A program made the translations under genes and the position numbers. A stretch of 36,054 nucleotides of DNA from a virus: the IMG/VR virus record IMGVR_UViG_3300025031_000230; one strand, written 5' to 3'. This document shows positions 34,949 to 36,054 of this stretch, piece by piece (position 1 is the stretch's first letter; each line of letters begins with the position of its first letter). The notes beneath the pieces were generated by a model. It was given only the letters and a program-made list of their open reading frames with translations, was not told the DNA's origin and searched no databases.

Positions 34949-36054
34949 CAAGCCCCTCTGAAATCTTGTTGAAAAATTTGACAAATTTTCATTAATTGTT
35001 AGTCTAAATCATATGATTAATACGATAGAAACTAGATTGAAATTAGATTTAACACAAGAATTAGACATTAATTCTTGTGTTTCCTTATGGTCTGAATTTT
35101 ATCGTAAAACTTGGGTTATGTTTAATAATCTTCATTTGGAAGAAAATGTTATTTGGCATAATCTTATGAATACTAATTTATTCACTAGTCATCAAGTTGA
35201 TTCTATCATTAATAAAGTTAAATCTGAACATGCTAAATTTAAAGCATTAACTAAATCTCAGTTAAACACACACAAAAATAAACTAGACAATATTAATAAG
35301 TTTATTAACAAAGAAGATAAGTTAATTGCTAAATTAAATAAAGACATCATTAAACTTAAGTCTGCTAAAAATTTAGATTATCCTAAAATATCAAAACTAT
35401 TTAACTCCATCAAGAAAAAACAATTTGTTATTAATCAAAAATCTATCAAACTTCGTAGATTAACCAAGTCTATTTTAATTTTACAAAAAAGGATAGATAA
35501 TAATACTTTTAAACTTTGTTTTGGTAGCTCTACTTTACTTAAACAAAGACCTGGTAACCATACTGATAAATTTAGATTAAATTCTAACCAAAAAGTTTAT
35601 GATAACTTGTCTGATTGGAAAAAAGATTGGGATTTAGCTAGAAATAATATTTTATATTCTGTTGGCAATAAAAATAAACCTCAAGGTAATGCTGAAATTC
35701 AATATTACCATGATTCTAAAACATTAAGACTTAGAGTCACGGATAAAACTTATCTCAATAGATTAGAAATAATTTCAAAACAACTTAATATTTCAGTTAA
35801 TGATTTAGACGATAATAAAATTATTAAAAATGGAATTTATCGTATGCAAGCCAGATTTATAGAAATAAATAATGTTGAATTTTGTGCTAAAAATCAAGCT
35901 AAATTAATTCATTCTATCAATAATAAACAACCAATTGCAGCTAAGATAATGAAGAAATTAACTCCTAACGGTCAAGATGTTGGGTTTTACTTACAATTAT
36001 CTTTTTCTGAAGTTGTTATGCAACAAGTTAAATTAAATCTTAAACCAACCACAA
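34949..36054 (+). mobile_element. TnpB-like TIR element, left part (runs off the window)
   Basis: Left TIR CAAGCCCCTCTGAAATCTTGTTGAAAAA at 34949-34976, TTGACA at 34978 and TAGTCT at 35000, then the ORF. Confidence 0.8.
35013..36054 (+). CDS. Large TnpB-related (IS200/IS605/IS607 accessory-type) protein, N-terminal 347 aa, partial
   Basis: Open frame with no stop to the window end: MINTIETRL, long coiled coil, LCFGS..L, W..DW..ARNN....VG.K....GN, LRLR. RuvC-I is expected just past the window end and is not visible. Confidence 0.75.
   Translation, partial: MINTIETRLKLDLTQELDINSCVSLWSEFYRKTWVMFNNLHLEENVIWHNLMNTNLFTSHQVDSIINKVKSEHAKFKALTKSQLNTHKNKLDNINKFINKEDKLIAKLNKDIIKLKSAKNLDYPKISKLFNSIKKKQFVINQKSIKLRRLTKSILILQKRIDNNTFKLCFGSSTLLKQRPGNHTDKFRLNSNQKVYDNLSDWKKDWDLARNNILYSVGNKNKPQGNAEIQYYHDSKTLRLRVTDKTYLNRLEIISKQLNISVNDLDDNKIIKNGIYRMQARFIEINNVEFCAKNQAKLIHSINNKQPIAAKIMKKLTPNGQDVGFYLQLSFSEVVMQQVKLNLKPTT

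Noticed and set aside
1-36054. tRNA, rRNA, integrase, transposase or virion structural genes
   Set aside because: No cloverleaf or T-loop context and no recognisable motifs found by eye; tRNAscan-SE and HMM searches would be needed to exclude divergent ones.

Overview
Very AT-rich, gene-dense window with no ribosomal, rRNA/tRNA, virion or conjugation genes. It reads as an accessory region of a large mobile element (jumbo phage or megaplasmid; inference), and its PncB resembles betaproteobacterial enzymes from memory. Recognisable genes: GNAT acetyltransferase, HExxH metalloprotease-like (frameshifted), HNH nuclease, permuted SLOG protein, CCA/poly(A)-polymerase-type nucleotidyltransferase, LapG-like cysteine protease, DRB0094-type RNA ligase, HU, minimal kinase, DsbB, a pncB/nrtR/nadD NAD-salvage cluster with two matching operators, RelA/SpoT-type HD hydrolase, FeeM/LuxI-fold acyltransferase, metallophosphoesterase, lysozyme-like, RNase H-like and XpaC-like proteins. 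Top observation: a TnpB-like gene (35013 to window end, missed by the ORF track because it has no stop in the window) belongs to an element family with 28-bp terminal inverted repeats (CAAGCCCCTCTGAAA...). A 186-bp MITE with the same ends has an exact 9-bp target-site duplication, both visible left ends have AAAAGCC at the same offset upstream, and a structured omega-RNA-like tract sits at the right end of a deleted copy (1-387). Second: five unrelated ORFs, four of them consecutive, share a C-terminal Lys-rich ...K-I tail, mostly preceded by EK-x2-L-x3-L. All family assignments come from motif recognition by eye; no searches were run.
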